Shown: positions 1 to 9,721 of the stretch, piece by piece | Position numbering within the stretch: the first letter of the stretch is position 1 | Layout: every line of letters starts with the position of its first letter | DNA from: Candidatus Sigynarchaeum calidifontis | GTDB taxonomy: Archaea; Asgardarchaeota; Lokiarchaeia; Sigyniarchaeales; Sigyniarchaeaceae | Direction of reading: 5' to 3' | Length of the DNA: 46,520 nt | Assembly (NCBI GenBank): GCA_030587475.2 | Contig: JAUQYZ020000256.1 | Location: 1-46,520, forward strand | Made by a program: the position numbers and the translations under genes | Notes under the pieces: generated by a model | Databases searched by the model: none | Seen by the model: only the letters and a program-made list of their open reading frames with translations | Told to the model about the DNA's origin: nothing

Positions 1-322
1 GGCTATCTTTCTCATCCTTCAAACCACTTACATCCTTGCCATTAACAGTGAATTTATCTTTGTCTCTGTCATCTTTGTCTGTCTGAATACCACAATCAAC
101 TGTCTTGCCATCTATTTAATCCTTTTTTAAAAGAAGGGGAGAATTTACCCGTTTCTCTAGTTTTGGCTCCTAATATCCCTCTAAAAAAGAAATCGCCGTT
201 GACTGAGAAAACTCAGACAGTTTCTATAAATAAAAAATGCTATTTTTTCAATTCAGGTAATCTTGACACAATTTTTGGCATTATTTTGCAAGAAAGAATT
301 GTAGTTATAAAAAGAGCATTTG

Positions 323-2020
323 TTAAAACAAGCCCGTGATGTTCTCATTGTCGTCGATGTCCATGCTCTCGGCGGCGGGGACGTCCGGCAGCCCCGGCAT
401 CAGCAATACCCCGCCACAGACGGGCACGACAAACTCGGCGCCGGTGTACACGCGGACATCATCGACCGTGAGCGTGAACCCCTTCGGCACGCCGAGCTTG
501 GCCGGGTCGTCGCTCAAGGATGCTTGCGTCTTGGCCATGCATATGGGGAAGTTCCTCGCCCCGTCACGTGCCTCGATTTGCTGGATTGCCCTGGCAGCGT
601 CTGCAGAATAGACGACATTCGCGGCCCCGTATATTTTCGTCGCGATCTTGGCAATTTTTTCCTTGATGGGATCTGCGAGATCATAGGAGAACTTCAATTG
701 CGGGGTATCCCCAGACTCGGCCACTTCGATCACCTTTCGAGCGAGCTCCATCCCCCCGTCCGCTCCTTTCTCGTAGACATCCGAGATAGCGGCCGGTACG
801 CCGAGCGCCTTGCAATGGTCAAGGAGCCAATCGAGCTCCTCGACGCTGTCGGTAGTGAACTTGTTGATGGCTATCACGGGCTTGAGGCCGAAATTTCTCA
901 CGATGTCGACGTGCGCGTCGAGGTTCGCAACGCCAGCCTTGAGCGCGCCGAGGTCAGCCATCTTGCATCTCTCGAAGGGTACCCCGCCGTGTTGTCGCAA
1001 CGCGCGGCAGGACACGACGAGCACGACGGCGCGCGGGACGAGCCTGTACCGGCGGCACACGATGTTGACGAACTTCTCGAGCCCGAGATCCGAGCCGAAG
1101 CCCGCCTCGTTGATCACGTACTCGTTCATCTTCAATGCCATCAATATCGCGATGATGGATGCCGTGCCGTGTGCCACGTTGCCGAACGGGCCGCAATGGA
1201 TCGAAACGGGCGCGCCGGACAAGGTCTGCACGAGGTTCGGCTTGAGGGCATCGCGGAGAACCAGCGCCATGGCGCCTGTTGCTTTCAAGTCCTTGGCCAG
1301 CACGGGCTTGTCGTCGTAGGTATAGGCGACCGTGATGTTGCCGAGCCTTGCCTTCAGCTCGGAAATATTGCGTGATAGGGCCAGGATGGCCATGATCTCC
1401 GATGCCGCGGTGATGATGAAGCCGTCCTCCCGAACGATGCCGCCCTTGGCACGGCCGCCCAGGCCCACGATGACCTTTCGCAGCGCCCGGTCGTTGATGT
1501 CGATCGTGCGAGGCCACGTGACCTTGGTAGGATCGATGCGTAGCTTGTTTTCCTTCGATAGATGGTTGTCGATTAGCGCGGCGAGCAAGTTATGCGCCGC
1601 GGCGACCGCGTTGATGTCGCCCGTGAATTCCAGGTCGATCTTCCACATGGGATAGACTTGCGCATAGCCCGCGCCCGTGGCTCCGCCCTTCACGCCGAAC
1701 ACGGGTCCCATCGAGGGCTGGCGCAGCGTCGCTTGCACTCGCTTGCCAAGCTTGTCCAGTGCCTGGGTGAGGCCGATGGTCGTGGTCGTTTTCCCCTCGC
1801 CTGCCTTGGTGGGCGTGATCGATGTCACGAGAACGAGCTTGCTTTCGTTCTGCTGCTGGTTCGACCCGTTCATGTACCCGTTCAGTGCCTTCAGCGCGAG
1901 CTTGGCCACGTGATCGCCGTACGGGATGATCTCGTCGTCCTTGAGGCCGAGCTTTTGCTTGGCGACCTCGCCAATAGGGCGAGGCTTGTGATCAAGAGCT
2001 ATCTGGATGTCGGATTTCAT
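323..2020 (-). CDS. fhs: formate--tetrahydrofolate ligase (FTHFS)
   Basis: 565 aa with FTHFS hallmark motifs ITPTKAGEGKTTTTIGL, RQPSMGPVFGVKGGATGAGYAQV, GFIITAASEIMA, HCGPFGNVAHG, EAGFGSDLGLEKF, PICMAKTQ and MPGLP. Confidence 0.97.
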   Translation of the reverse strand: MKSDIQIALDHKPRPIGEVAKQKLGLKDDEIIPYGDHVAKLALKALNGYMNGSNQQQNESKLVLVTSITPTKAGEGKTTTTIGLTQALDKLGKRVQATLRQPSMGPVFGVKGGATGAGYAQVYPMWKIDLEFTGDINAVAAAHNLLAALIDNHLSKENKLRIDPTKVTWPRTIDINDRALRKVIVGLGGRAKGGIVREDGFIITAASEIMAILALSRNISELKARLGNITVAYTYDDKPVLAKDLKATGAMALVLRDALKPNLVQTLSGAPVSIHCGPFGNVAHGTASIIAILMALKMNEYVINEAGFGSDLGLEKFVNIVCRRYRLVPRAVVLVVSCRALRQHGGVPFERCKMADLGALKAGVANLDAHVDIVRNFGLKPVIAINKFTTDSVEELDWLLDHCKALGVPAAISDVYEKGADGGMELARKVIEVAESGDTPQLKFSYDLADPIKEKIAKIATKIYGAANVVYSADAARAIQQIEARDGARNFPICMAKTQASLSDDPAKLGVPKGFTLTVDDVRVYTGAEFVVPVCGGVLLMPGLPDVPAAESMDIDDNENITGLF

Positions 2021-2320
2021 ACACGGCTCTTACCGGCATGATATATACCCGTAAAACAAGGTGGAGAATGCCGCCCCGGTTAAAAGAATTCTATTTTTCA
2101 CGTGCCTTTTAAATCGTAACAAACTTGAATGAAAAATCTACAAAAACATCGAGTGGTCTTGTGCAGAATTGGCAATTTCTTACACGTTTTTCGAAATGGC
2201 GGTATCGATCACGGCACGCGAGCTGCATTACCAAGTGCGAGATCGTGTTACATTTCGAAAGCCTCAACTTACCAATCGTGCGACTTTATACGGCGAAGGA
2301 ATTAAGACCGCAGCAATACA

Positions 2321-2725
2321 TTATCGATATTCGACAACGGTTAGGCCGGAGACACGCTTGAAATGGTCGGCATTGCTGGTAACGATCGTGCTGCCGTGCT
2401 GGAGCACGATCGCGGCTATGAACGTGTCCCGCCATCCGATCGCCTTCCCTTTCAACAAGGACGCGAATAATTTACCCGCAACGAGGGCCGTCTCATAATC
2501 AACGCCGAACGGGTGGAGCGTGAAGAAAAAGTCCTTCAATTTTTCCAATTCGGCGGTGGAGGCTTCCCTTACCTTATACAATCCTATGAAAAACTCGGTA
2601 ACGTTGATCGTCGTGGTATACACGTCAAAACCTTGCTGCTGGAATTCGTCGATGACCTTTTTCGCCTTGGCCTTCTTGTTCAAGTATTGGGAGGGCACGC
2701 GTGTATCGAGACAGACAGCTTTCAC
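2321..2725 (-). CDS. vapC: PIN-domain VapC-type toxin ribonuclease
   Basis: 134 aa with PIN acidic residues (VCLDT, NVTEF, WRDTFIAAI, TSNADHFKRVSGL). Overlaps the upstream antitoxin by 4 nt (GTGA). Confidence 0.9.
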   Translation of the reverse strand: MKAVCLDTRVPSQYLNKKAKAKKVIDEFQQQGFDVYTTTINVTEFFIGLYKVREASTAELEKLKDFFFTLHPFGVDYETALVAGKLFASLLKGKAIGWRDTFIAAIVLQHGSTIVTSNADHFKRVSGLTVVEYR

Positions 2726-2955
2726 GTTCCTTCACCCCGGAACAGATCAGCAGCGTCGTTTGCTTCCCTCGCCTCTTCAATAGCTTTCTCGATCTGGTCG
2801 CCGTCCTTTCCTGAAATGATGCCAAAATATGGTGTCAAATCTTGATAGTTGTATATGAGGCGTTGGATGAGATCATTAAACGATTCATTCCCTCGCCTCA
2901 ATTCCGCGAGCTTTCGATAGGTTTCCTCTTGAATCATGATGGTTTTTGACGCCAT
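2722..2955 (-). CDS. vapB: VapB-type antitoxin (archaeal RHH-like, DUF217-type)
   Basis: MASKTIMIQEETYRKLAELRRGNESFNDLIQRLI fits the archaeal antitoxin pattern KTI.I..E.Y..L...K...ESF.D.I.RL. Directly upstream of the PIN gene. ATG at 2955 chosen as start. Confidence 0.85.
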   Translation of the reverse strand: MASKTIMIQEETYRKLAELRRGNESFNDLIQRLIYNYQDLTPYFGIISGKDGDQIEKAIEEAREANDAADLFRGEGT

Positions 2956-2980
2956 TTTTCTCACGACATCTGTATGTAAC

Positions 2981-2995
2981 TATATATAGATAAAA
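2981..2995 (-). promoter_or_regulatory. TATA-box-like element for vapBC (probably leaderless transcript)
   Basis: Minus strand reads TTTTATCTATATATA about 26-40 nt upstream of the ATG at 2955, consistent with archaeal promoter spacing. Confidence 0.5.
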
Positions 2996-3019
2996 ATATG
3001 CATTGCGATGGTAGAGATA

Positions 3020-4831
3020 TCATCTTTGCGTGATTACCGGGAGTTGAACAGACGACGGGTGGCTCGTGTTGCGCGAGATCACGAGTTTCGGCTCTCCCGT
3101 TTCTGGAATCCGGGCGAAGCTGTCCTTGTCCGCGCCGGCAATAGCTATGCGGATGCAATGCCCTTTTCGCACGAGCACCGACGTGGCGAGCATCCCGAAC
3201 GTGATCTCGGTGATCTCGCCTCGAGTCATGGGTATGCCATCCTTCCGCAAGTAGGTGTGGCAGTGCACGAGCGATTTATATGGCAAGTCTCCTTTCGCGA
3301 GCTTCCTGTGGATGAGCCGTAGCAGGCCCTCCGTGATGTAGGTCACGCGCCCGTTCTCGGCCACGTCTTCCAGGTACGCGATCACGATGCCGTCATCATG
3401 TGTCGACGAGAGGTGGATGGTCACGATCGCGTTTCCCGTGATCTCCATGTCCTGTGCTAATGGTTGGCTCGTGTAGGTCAGCAGTTTCTTGTCTTGCTTT
3501 GCCCTGTTCGGGTACATGATGCGGTATCCCATCCCGGACCCCCATCTGTTGTATTTCCCCGTCGTCGCGCTGAAATCGACGGCGTACTCGTCTTCCCCCG
3601 AATCATCATCGGGTGGAGCCGTGACCAGCTGGCGATCCTTTGAAAAATACCAGGTTTGCATTTCACAGTTGTCCGGTGGCCACGTGCGAGTTTTTTTCCA
3701 CTTTTCCTCGACAAGCGTGTAATAATAGATGGCTTTCTCGTTTGGGATGTTGCCGGTCAAGCATCGATCGAAGAAATTTGCCCACTCGATGAATTGCTCT
3801 TTTCTGGGCGGAACCACCTTTATCTTGAAAGGGAAGAACTGGTTCGACCTGAAGCTCGCGCCGTGGTTCCAATCCCCGATCACGGCCCGCTGCTTGTTCT
3901 GGATATTCAAGAACCGCGTGATCGCAACGTCGGCGGTTCCCGCATCCAGCCACGAGCCCCAGTAGTAGTAGGGCACGCCGGACTTCTCGATCTTCTCCTT
4001 GTAATTGTAGATGCACATTGACGCGACCATCGACCCGTCAGCATCGATAGGATCATCCCTGTACTTGATTACCCTGGTGAGATCGAAGGGATACACGTTT
4101 TTCTCGTGCTCCTTCACCGCCGCCTTCACCATGCTGCCGTCCTTGTCCTCGTCCACGGGCTTGACGTGGTTCACCACGAGGATTATCAGCGGCATCTCCT
4201 TTGCGAGTGCCTTGCTCGAGTTCTGGTCCATGCTTTTCCCGATGTCGGACCATTCCTTCAAGAAGCGCGTGTTCGGGACGCCGCCGGGTGCCCCGACGTC
4301 AGCGAGCACGTCCCAGTAATCGTGCATCGGCATCACGCCCTTCAAACCGGGATGGCCGTGCATGCCCGCCAGTTCCGCGGTCAGGCCGAGGTACGAGATC
4401 CCCCACGAGATGATGTTCCCGTCGGACCATGGCTGCTCGACGATCCAGTCCATGATTTCCTTGCAGTCGGAGAATTCCTTCTCGGAATTTGCATTTCGCC
4501 AATTACCGGTCGATGCACCTGTACCCCGGACGTCGGTGTAAACGACGGCGAACCCGTAGCCCGTCGCCATGTCGATGATGTTCCGCGCCAGCGGCGGTTG
4601 ATCCCCGAGGATCCACCGGAACGGCGCGCGGAACTGGTGGGCGCGCCAGTACCGCGTCTGGACCAGGATCGCCGGGAATCGTTCTCCGGCGTTCGCGCCG
4701 GCGGGGATGGTCACGTCGACCGCGATCTTGACCCCGTCCTTCATGGGCAGATACAACGAGACCTTCCGGGAACCCTTGTATTTCCTCTTTCGGCGAGGAA
4801 TCTCGTCGAACTTGAAAATGAGCTGGCTCAT
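3020..4831 (-). CDS. CocE/NonD family serine hydrolase (peptidase S15-like), soluble
   Basis: MKDGVKIAVDV, ILVQTRYWR, DVRGTGASTG, nucleophile GISYLG, Asp in SWLDAG, His in GDWNHG, and a C-terminal jelly-roll (LTYTSQPL...YITEGLLR...IRIAIAGAD). Confidence 0.92.
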   Translation of the reverse strand: MSQLIFKFDEIPRRKRKYKGSRKVSLYLPMKDGVKIAVDVTIPAGANAGERFPAILVQTRYWRAHQFRAPFRWILGDQPPLARNIIDMATGYGFAVVYTDVRGTGASTGNWRNANSEKEFSDCKEIMDWIVEQPWSDGNIISWGISYLGLTAELAGMHGHPGLKGVMPMHDYWDVLADVGAPGGVPNTRFLKEWSDIGKSMDQNSSKALAKEMPLIILVVNHVKPVDEDKDGSMVKAAVKEHEKNVYPFDLTRVIKYRDDPIDADGSMVASMCIYNYKEKIEKSGVPYYYWGSWLDAGTADVAITRFLNIQNKQRAVIGDWNHGASFRSNQFFPFKIKVVPPRKEQFIEWANFFDRCLTGNIPNEKAIYYYTLVEEKWKKTRTWPPDNCEMQTWYFSKDRQLVTAPPDDDSGEDEYAVDFSATTGKYNRWGSGMGYRIMYPNRAKQDKKLLTYTSQPLAQDMEITGNAIVTIHLSSTHDDGIVIAYLEDVAENGRVTYITEGLLRLIHRKLAKGDLPYKSLVHCHTYLRKDGIPMTRGEITEITFGMLATSVLVRKGHCIRIAIAGADKDSFARIPETGEPKLVISRNTSHPSSVQLPVITQR

Positions 4832-5014
4832 CGGTCACCATCTTTCGTGCGGGCACGGCAGTGATGCGATCTCATGCTCGCCGTCGAAAAACCATCCATT
4901 GGACCAACGCTTACTTCCCCCCCAGAGAAATAAAATGCTTGTGTCAAATCTCGAATCGACCGATGCTAAGGAGTAAAACCCGCTTTTATATCCAATGCTC
5001 GGTACTGGTGACTC

Positions 5015-5665
5015 ATGGACGAATACATCCGTCCCACCTACTTCATCGACTTTGAATCGCCCGCCGTCGCGCGTGCAGCGCGGGAGACCGTGGCCGGCCA
5101 CGATCCGGCCGACAAGGCTGGCATGGCAGTCAAGCTGTTCTATTTCGTCCGCGACACGATACCGTACCGCGTCATTTGGGGCCTGCCAACCCGAAAGTAC
5201 CTGAAAGCGAGCGAGACGCTCTCCCGGGGTTATGGATTCTGCATACCAAAGGCGACACTGCTCGTGGCACTGGCAAGGGCAAACGGCATCCCTGCACGGC
5301 TCCACTTTGCCGATATCATCAACCATCTCGCCTCCGACAACTTGCAGAAGGTTATGGGCTCGAAGCTGTTCGCGTTCCACGGCTATGCCGAGTTGCTGCT
5401 GAACGGCACGTGGTTCAAGGTCAACCCCGCGTTCGACCTCGCGCTCTCCGAGGACAAGGGCTATTTTCCCGTCGATTTCGATGGACGGCGTGACGCGGTC
5501 TTCCAGAAGACCGACAAGCTCGGCAACCCGCATTTCGAATACGTGCTCGACCGCGGCACGTACGCTGATGTCCCCTATAAGGAGATCATCGACACGTGGA
5601 TCGAGAAATACGGGGATGCATTCTTCAAATTGCAACCAAATCCCAAGGACTTCCAGCATTCTTGA
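5015..5665 (+). CDS. transglutaminase-like cysteine protease family protein
   Basis: KLFYFVRDTIPY, ASETL..GYGFCIPKATLLVALARANGIPARL (catalytic Cys), FHGYAE (His), WFKVNPAF. Confidence 0.88.
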   Translation: MDEYIRPTYFIDFESPAVARAARETVAGHDPADKAGMAVKLFYFVRDTIPYRVIWGLPTRKYLKASETLSRGYGFCIPKATLLVALARANGIPARLHFADIINHLASDNLQKVMGSKLFAFHGYAELLLNGTWFKVNPAFDLALSEDKGYFPVDFDGRRDAVFQKTDKLGNPHFEYVLDRGTYADVPYKEIIDTWIEKYGDAFFKLQPNPKDFQHS

Positions 5666-5674
5666 GCGCGGCTT

Positions 5675-6358
5675 TCACTCGAAGGGCTGGAAATCGGTCG
5701 TGGGCACCTGGAAGATTTCCCAGACAGGCGCGGCAGACTCGTTAACCTTAGAGATGGCCTTCATCAGCTGCGCCCGGTATTGCTTCGGGATGTCGCCTAG
5801 CATCGGGATGATGTTTTCCCCGCTCGATGCCAATTCCATGAGGGGCAAGCACCATTTTTGCGGGACCTGGGCGTACATGGCCTCGATGAGGATGAGTTTT
5901 TGATAGAGCTCGAAGGTCTCTTGCATGTATTTTTCCAGGATCGTCTGGATCTCCGCGTTGAAGCCGTCGAACGTGGCACTCTTGAAAAACTTGGCCTTCT
6001 TGCCTGCGGCAAGCTCTTTCTCGTAGCGTTCCTCGAACCGCTCCGTGATTTCGGAGGCGAAGCCAGAAAGCACTGGCTCGGTCATGGCTCCGAGGGGCAT
6101 GGCATAATCGATGATGAGAACGGTGAAGATGTATTTCCCGGCCGTGTACCTTGCTTCCAGGGATCCAGACCGGATCAGCGATACGCCTGCTGGAAACCCG
6201 ACATCATTAGCAAAGTTGTTGAGGGCAGCAAGGAATCCAGAAATGAGCTGGTCTTTTTCCTCGTTTTTTTCACCGAGAATATCGAACGTGACGAGATTGC
6301 TTCCCTCGTCCTTGGTGATAACGTAAATCTTGACGCGTGGTTCCCCGCAGATACTCAT
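5675..6358 (-). CDS. Asgard-type longin/roadblock-like domain protein
   Basis: 227 aa. IYVITKDEG...DQLISGFLAALNNFANDV...SLIRSG...FTVLII...ITERFEERY follows the 'LISGFLxAxxxF' longin-like pattern common in Asgard proteomes. Fold is inferred. Confidence 0.6.
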   Translation of the reverse strand: MSICGEPRVKIYVITKDEGSNLVTFDILGEKNEEKDQLISGFLAALNNFANDVGFPAGVSLIRSGSLEARYTAGKYIFTVLIIDYAMPLGAMTEPVLSGFASEITERFEERYEKELAAGKKAKFFKSATFDGFNAEIQTILEKYMQETFELYQKLILIEAMYAQVPQKWCLPLMELASSGENIIPMLGDIPKQYRAQLMKAISKVNESAAPVWEIFQVPTTDFQPFE

Positions 6359-6509
6359 CGACGATCGATCCTCTACTTAGCGCGGCGGGTTAATTAATCA
6401 AATTCCCGCCTTCGTGCTCGTGCATGTCCTTGCGTTACTCGGTCCGTACAAGCCATGTTCGACGCAATGATATATTGTTTCCAACCAAGATCCCATCGAG
6501 GAATATTAC

Positions 6510-7556
6510 ATGAGAGAACATGCAAGCCTGGCGGGCGAGCTGGAGCAGGAGCGCCATCCATTGTCCAGGACATTCTTGCGCGATCACGGCTATGCTGCAG
6601 CTGCCATCGACGATTACTATGCGATCCTTGGCCGGTTCCGCGATCGCTTTCACCCCGCAGATCAGCAGGCTCCAGACCCCCGCGAGCTGTACGTCGAAGC
6701 ACCCGACGGGGCCCGCATCTTCGTGCAAGAGTTCATCCCGGAGCATCCCCAGGCCGTCGTCATCGGGCAGCCGGGCAACAATTGCCAGTCCGATCTGTAT
6801 TACCCGCTGGCCGATCACCTCTATCCGAAAGGTATCGGTCTCGTGGCCGTCGACAATCGTGGCCATGGGCGTAGCGGGCCAGGACGCGGGAAGTTCAACA
6901 AGCCAGCCTTGATGTTTCCCGTCTACGATGCACTGGTGGAGCGGTTCGCTGCAAGCGGCGTGCCCGTGCACGTGCTCGGGGAAAGCCTGGGCACGACGAT
7001 GTTCGCCTCCTACATCGCGAGTGGCTCGGCCGCTTCGAGGAAAGTCGCGTCCGCGATCTTTCTCGTGCCCCCGTACAAGCTCCGGCGCCAGCAATTGCTC
7101 GATCGGATCAAGTGGCTCGCCAAGCTCTTGCTCTGGCTAGGACGCGCGTTCACGCTCGACCGGCCGGTGCTCGCGTTCAAGCCAGACCTGCGGCCAACCT
7201 ATTTTCCCGAGTACCACGAGATAGACGCGAGCGATATCATAAGGGCACCGAAATCGACATTGGTGCATTTACTTTGCGTGCTCAAGCAAATCGAACGGTT
7301 CCATCGTGATATCAAGGCCATCACGATCCCGCTTCTCGTGCTCGCGGGTACGGGCGACAAGGATCTCGACCCGGCCGGCGCCGAGCAGTTATCCCGCGAA
7401 TCAAATAGCGTGAACCTTGCCTTGCACATGTACGAGAACGCCGACCATAGTCTCATGTTCGACCGCAACTCGCAAGGATCCTACGACATGATCCTCCGGT
7501 GGGTGCAAAATGGGTGGCGCGTGCGACATTCTAATACTTCTACCCCGAATATCTAA
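6510..7556 (+). CDS. alpha/beta hydrolase, lysophospholipase/monoacylglycerol lipase-like
   Basis: DNRGHGRS, nucleophile elbow GESLG, PLLVLAGTGDKDLD (Asp), YENADHSL (His). Confidence 0.88.
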   Translation: MREHASLAGELEQERHPLSRTFLRDHGYAAAAIDDYYAILGRFRDRFHPADQQAPDPRELYVEAPDGARIFVQEFIPEHPQAVVIGQPGNNCQSDLYYPLADHLYPKGIGLVAVDNRGHGRSGPGRGKFNKPALMFPVYDALVERFAASGVPVHVLGESLGTTMFASYIASGSAASRKVASAIFLVPPYKLRRQQLLDRIKWLAKLLLWLGRAFTLDRPVLAFKPDLRPTYFPEYHEIDASDIIRAPKSTLVHLLCVLKQIERFHRDIKAITIPLLVLAGTGDKDLDPAGAEQLSRESNSVNLALHMYENADHSLMFDRNSQGSYDMILRWVQNGWRVRHSNTSTPNI

Positions 7557-9685
7557 TGAGTGTTCGATCCATGAGCGACGACGATCCCGCTTGGGACGAG
7601 TTCTTGCGGGAACTCGCCCGGAAGACCAAAAGCAAGGGCAAGAGAGACGGCACGCGCCGTCTCGATTTACCAACCGCCCTCAACAACGCAATCGTCCGGC
7701 CCGAGATCTTCCTGCTACACGGCATCCACGGCAACATCCTCTTTCCTGACGTGGGTTATTGCGAGTTCGACAACCCCGCGAGTGCATGGCAGCACATCCA
7801 CGCCTGGTCCGACATGGCCATGCGAGCCAAGGGTGATCCAGCATCGTGGCGAGGCTGCTTCCCGGTGGGATTTGAAATCGGCATCGCGTCGCTGGAGGAG
7901 CTTTCAAAAAAGGAGCCCGTCTGGCCGCTGTTCAAGGAATGCGGGATCGAGATCATCAACCCGCTATATTCCCAGCCGTACTTGCGCCACTGTGGAGAAG
8001 AGTCCACGATCCGCCAGTTCGAGGTTGGTTTAGGCATCATGGCGCGTAACGGGCTCGTGGCGAAGGTGTTCGCGTCCTCCGAGCACGCGCTGCACCCGCA
8101 ATTACCGCAGTTACTGAAAGGTTTCAAGATCGGTCTCGCGTTCGCCACCGCTAGGCTTGCCGGCGGCGCGCCGACCTCCTACCAGCCGAAGGTCGAGTGG
8201 GAAGGGCTTGACGGGACGACCATTCCGGCCATCGTGGCACAGTCCGGGCTTTCCAGCGGCCATGTCTGGCACGGGCGGTTCTTCGAGGAGATCCCGGGCT
8301 TGATCTTCAGCGCCGTGTCGCGGCCGGACCTCCCAGCCGTCGTGTATGCCAACATCGAGGACTTCGCGAACCCCATGCCAGGCTCCGAGGCCATCGCGAA
8401 CCACGTCGCAGAACTCGAGCGCGCCCGCATCCGACTGCGCGGCTTTTCGAGCATGGCCGATATCCTGCCGCTCAGCCGCCGCGCCAGGTGGTCCATCGAG
8501 GACTTTCCGATCCGCTCGATGGAGTCCAAGCTGGTGCATCTCGTTCGCCGGTGCGAGGATTTCATGGTTCTCGCCGAGGCCGCGGACGTGCTTCTTTCCG
8601 CGTTTGGTTCGCCCACGCACGAGACACAGCTCGATGAAGCATGGCGGCATCTGCTCATGGCACAGAACCACGATGCTTACATCGTCCCGTTCATCGTTCC
8701 CGGGTTGTATTCAGAGGTCCAAGGCCTCCCGGACGGGAACCCGTGGACGAGCGAGGAGACCATCGAGGAACGCAGCATCCGCGAGGTCGAGGTCGCCACG
8801 AGCATCGCGCGCTCGGTGCTCGATGCCACGACCGGGATCGACGATGAAACCAGAAAAATAGCCATTAGAGGCTCCAAGGCTGGCATTGCGATGCTCAACA
8901 TGCTCTGGGATCGGGAGGAGATCATTGGTGGTCTCAAATATACATTGCCGTCGGCGGGATACGCTTCAATTGGTACACCATTCAAGAGTAACGCGAGCTT
9001 GACATTTGAGGGTCAAACGGCAATCATTTACGGCCGCAAAATCGAGATCGGTGACCGTGCATTCCCCGTGACACGAAGCAGCGAGGGCATCGTCATGGAC
9101 GCGGGCAGGTACAAGGCGGTGCTCAAGGACGCGGGAAGCCGCATCGAGATCCATCTCGTGAACCAGTCACCCCTGGAGATCTCGGTCGAGGCCCAGAGCA
9201 AGGTGGTCATCACGTACCCGTTCGGCGCCGAGCCATCGACCGAACGCGAGGGCCATTCGAGCCGGTTCGCCTGGATCGATGATACCCTCGTGATCGCCCA
9301 CAACGGAACGCCATACTTCAAGCAAAGCCCGGGAAAATACAAGATACGTGTCCCAGCTGGCGAGCACGCGTATTGCATCGCGAAAGCGACGTGCCTCCTC
9401 GACGCATACAAGCGGGCGTGGGAATTTGCGTATCCCCCGGTCCCGTTCTCGCTGCCCGCGGGGAGCCCTCCCGAGGGAAAATTCGCCCGCATTGCTTTCG
9501 AGGGCTGCGTGCCCGTATCATTCCGTGCGAGGGGCGGTTTGTGCAACGCTCGGTTCTTGAGCATCGATGGATCGGAACCCATTATCGAAGGTGGCGCGGC
9601 AGTGGATTTTTACGGGCAATTGTCCAAGCATGATCCCGTGCCGTGGCGCATCATGAATTTCGAGCTCCCCATCTCGTTAAAGTAA
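7556..9685 (+). CDS. glycoside hydrolase with GH57/GH38-like N-terminal barrel and helical middle domain
   Basis: HGNILFPD, IEIINPLYSQPYL..GEESTIRQF..G, SSEHALHPQLPQLL.GF, EWEGLDGT, AWRHLLMAQNHDA. The start overlaps the upstream stop (TAATG). Confidence 0.7.
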   Translation: MSVRSMSDDDPAWDEFLRELARKTKSKGKRDGTRRLDLPTALNNAIVRPEIFLLHGIHGNILFPDVGYCEFDNPASAWQHIHAWSDMAMRAKGDPASWRGCFPVGFEIGIASLEELSKKEPVWPLFKECGIEIINPLYSQPYLRHCGEESTIRQFEVGLGIMARNGLVAKVFASSEHALHPQLPQLLKGFKIGLAFATARLAGGAPTSYQPKVEWEGLDGTTIPAIVAQSGLSSGHVWHGRFFEEIPGLIFSAVSRPDLPAVVYANIEDFANPMPGSEAIANHVAELERARIRLRGFSSMADILPLSRRARWSIEDFPIRSMESKLVHLVRRCEDFMVLAEAADVLLSAFGSPTHETQLDEAWRHLLMAQNHDAYIVPFIVPGLYSEVQGLPDGNPWTSEETIEERSIREVEVATSIARSVLDATTGIDDETRKIAIRGSKAGIAMLNMLWDREEIIGGLKYTLPSAGYASIGTPFKSNASLTFEGQTAIIYGRKIEIGDRAFPVTRSSEGIVMDAGRYKAVLKDAGSRIEIHLVNQSPLEISVEAQSKVVITYPFGAEPSTEREGHSSRFAWIDDTLVIAHNGTPYFKQSPGKYKIRVPAGEHAYCIAKATCLLDAYKRAWEFAYPPVPFSLPAGSPPEGKFARIAFEGCVPVSFRARGGLCNARFLSIDGSEPIIEGGAAVDFYGQLSKHDPVPWRIMNFELPISLK

Positions 9686-9721
9686 AGCCCGCGCTCCGCT
9701 GCATAGGATCAAGATCACGCC

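Noticed and set aside
320-1375. Long antisense/shadow ORFs (e.g. 320-1375 +, 4835-5659 -, 18061-18957 -, 20109-21425 -, 28970-30016 -, 30390-31352 +)
   Set aside because: They lie opposite well-supported genes and show no motifs. Such ORFs are expected from GC-rich codon bias.
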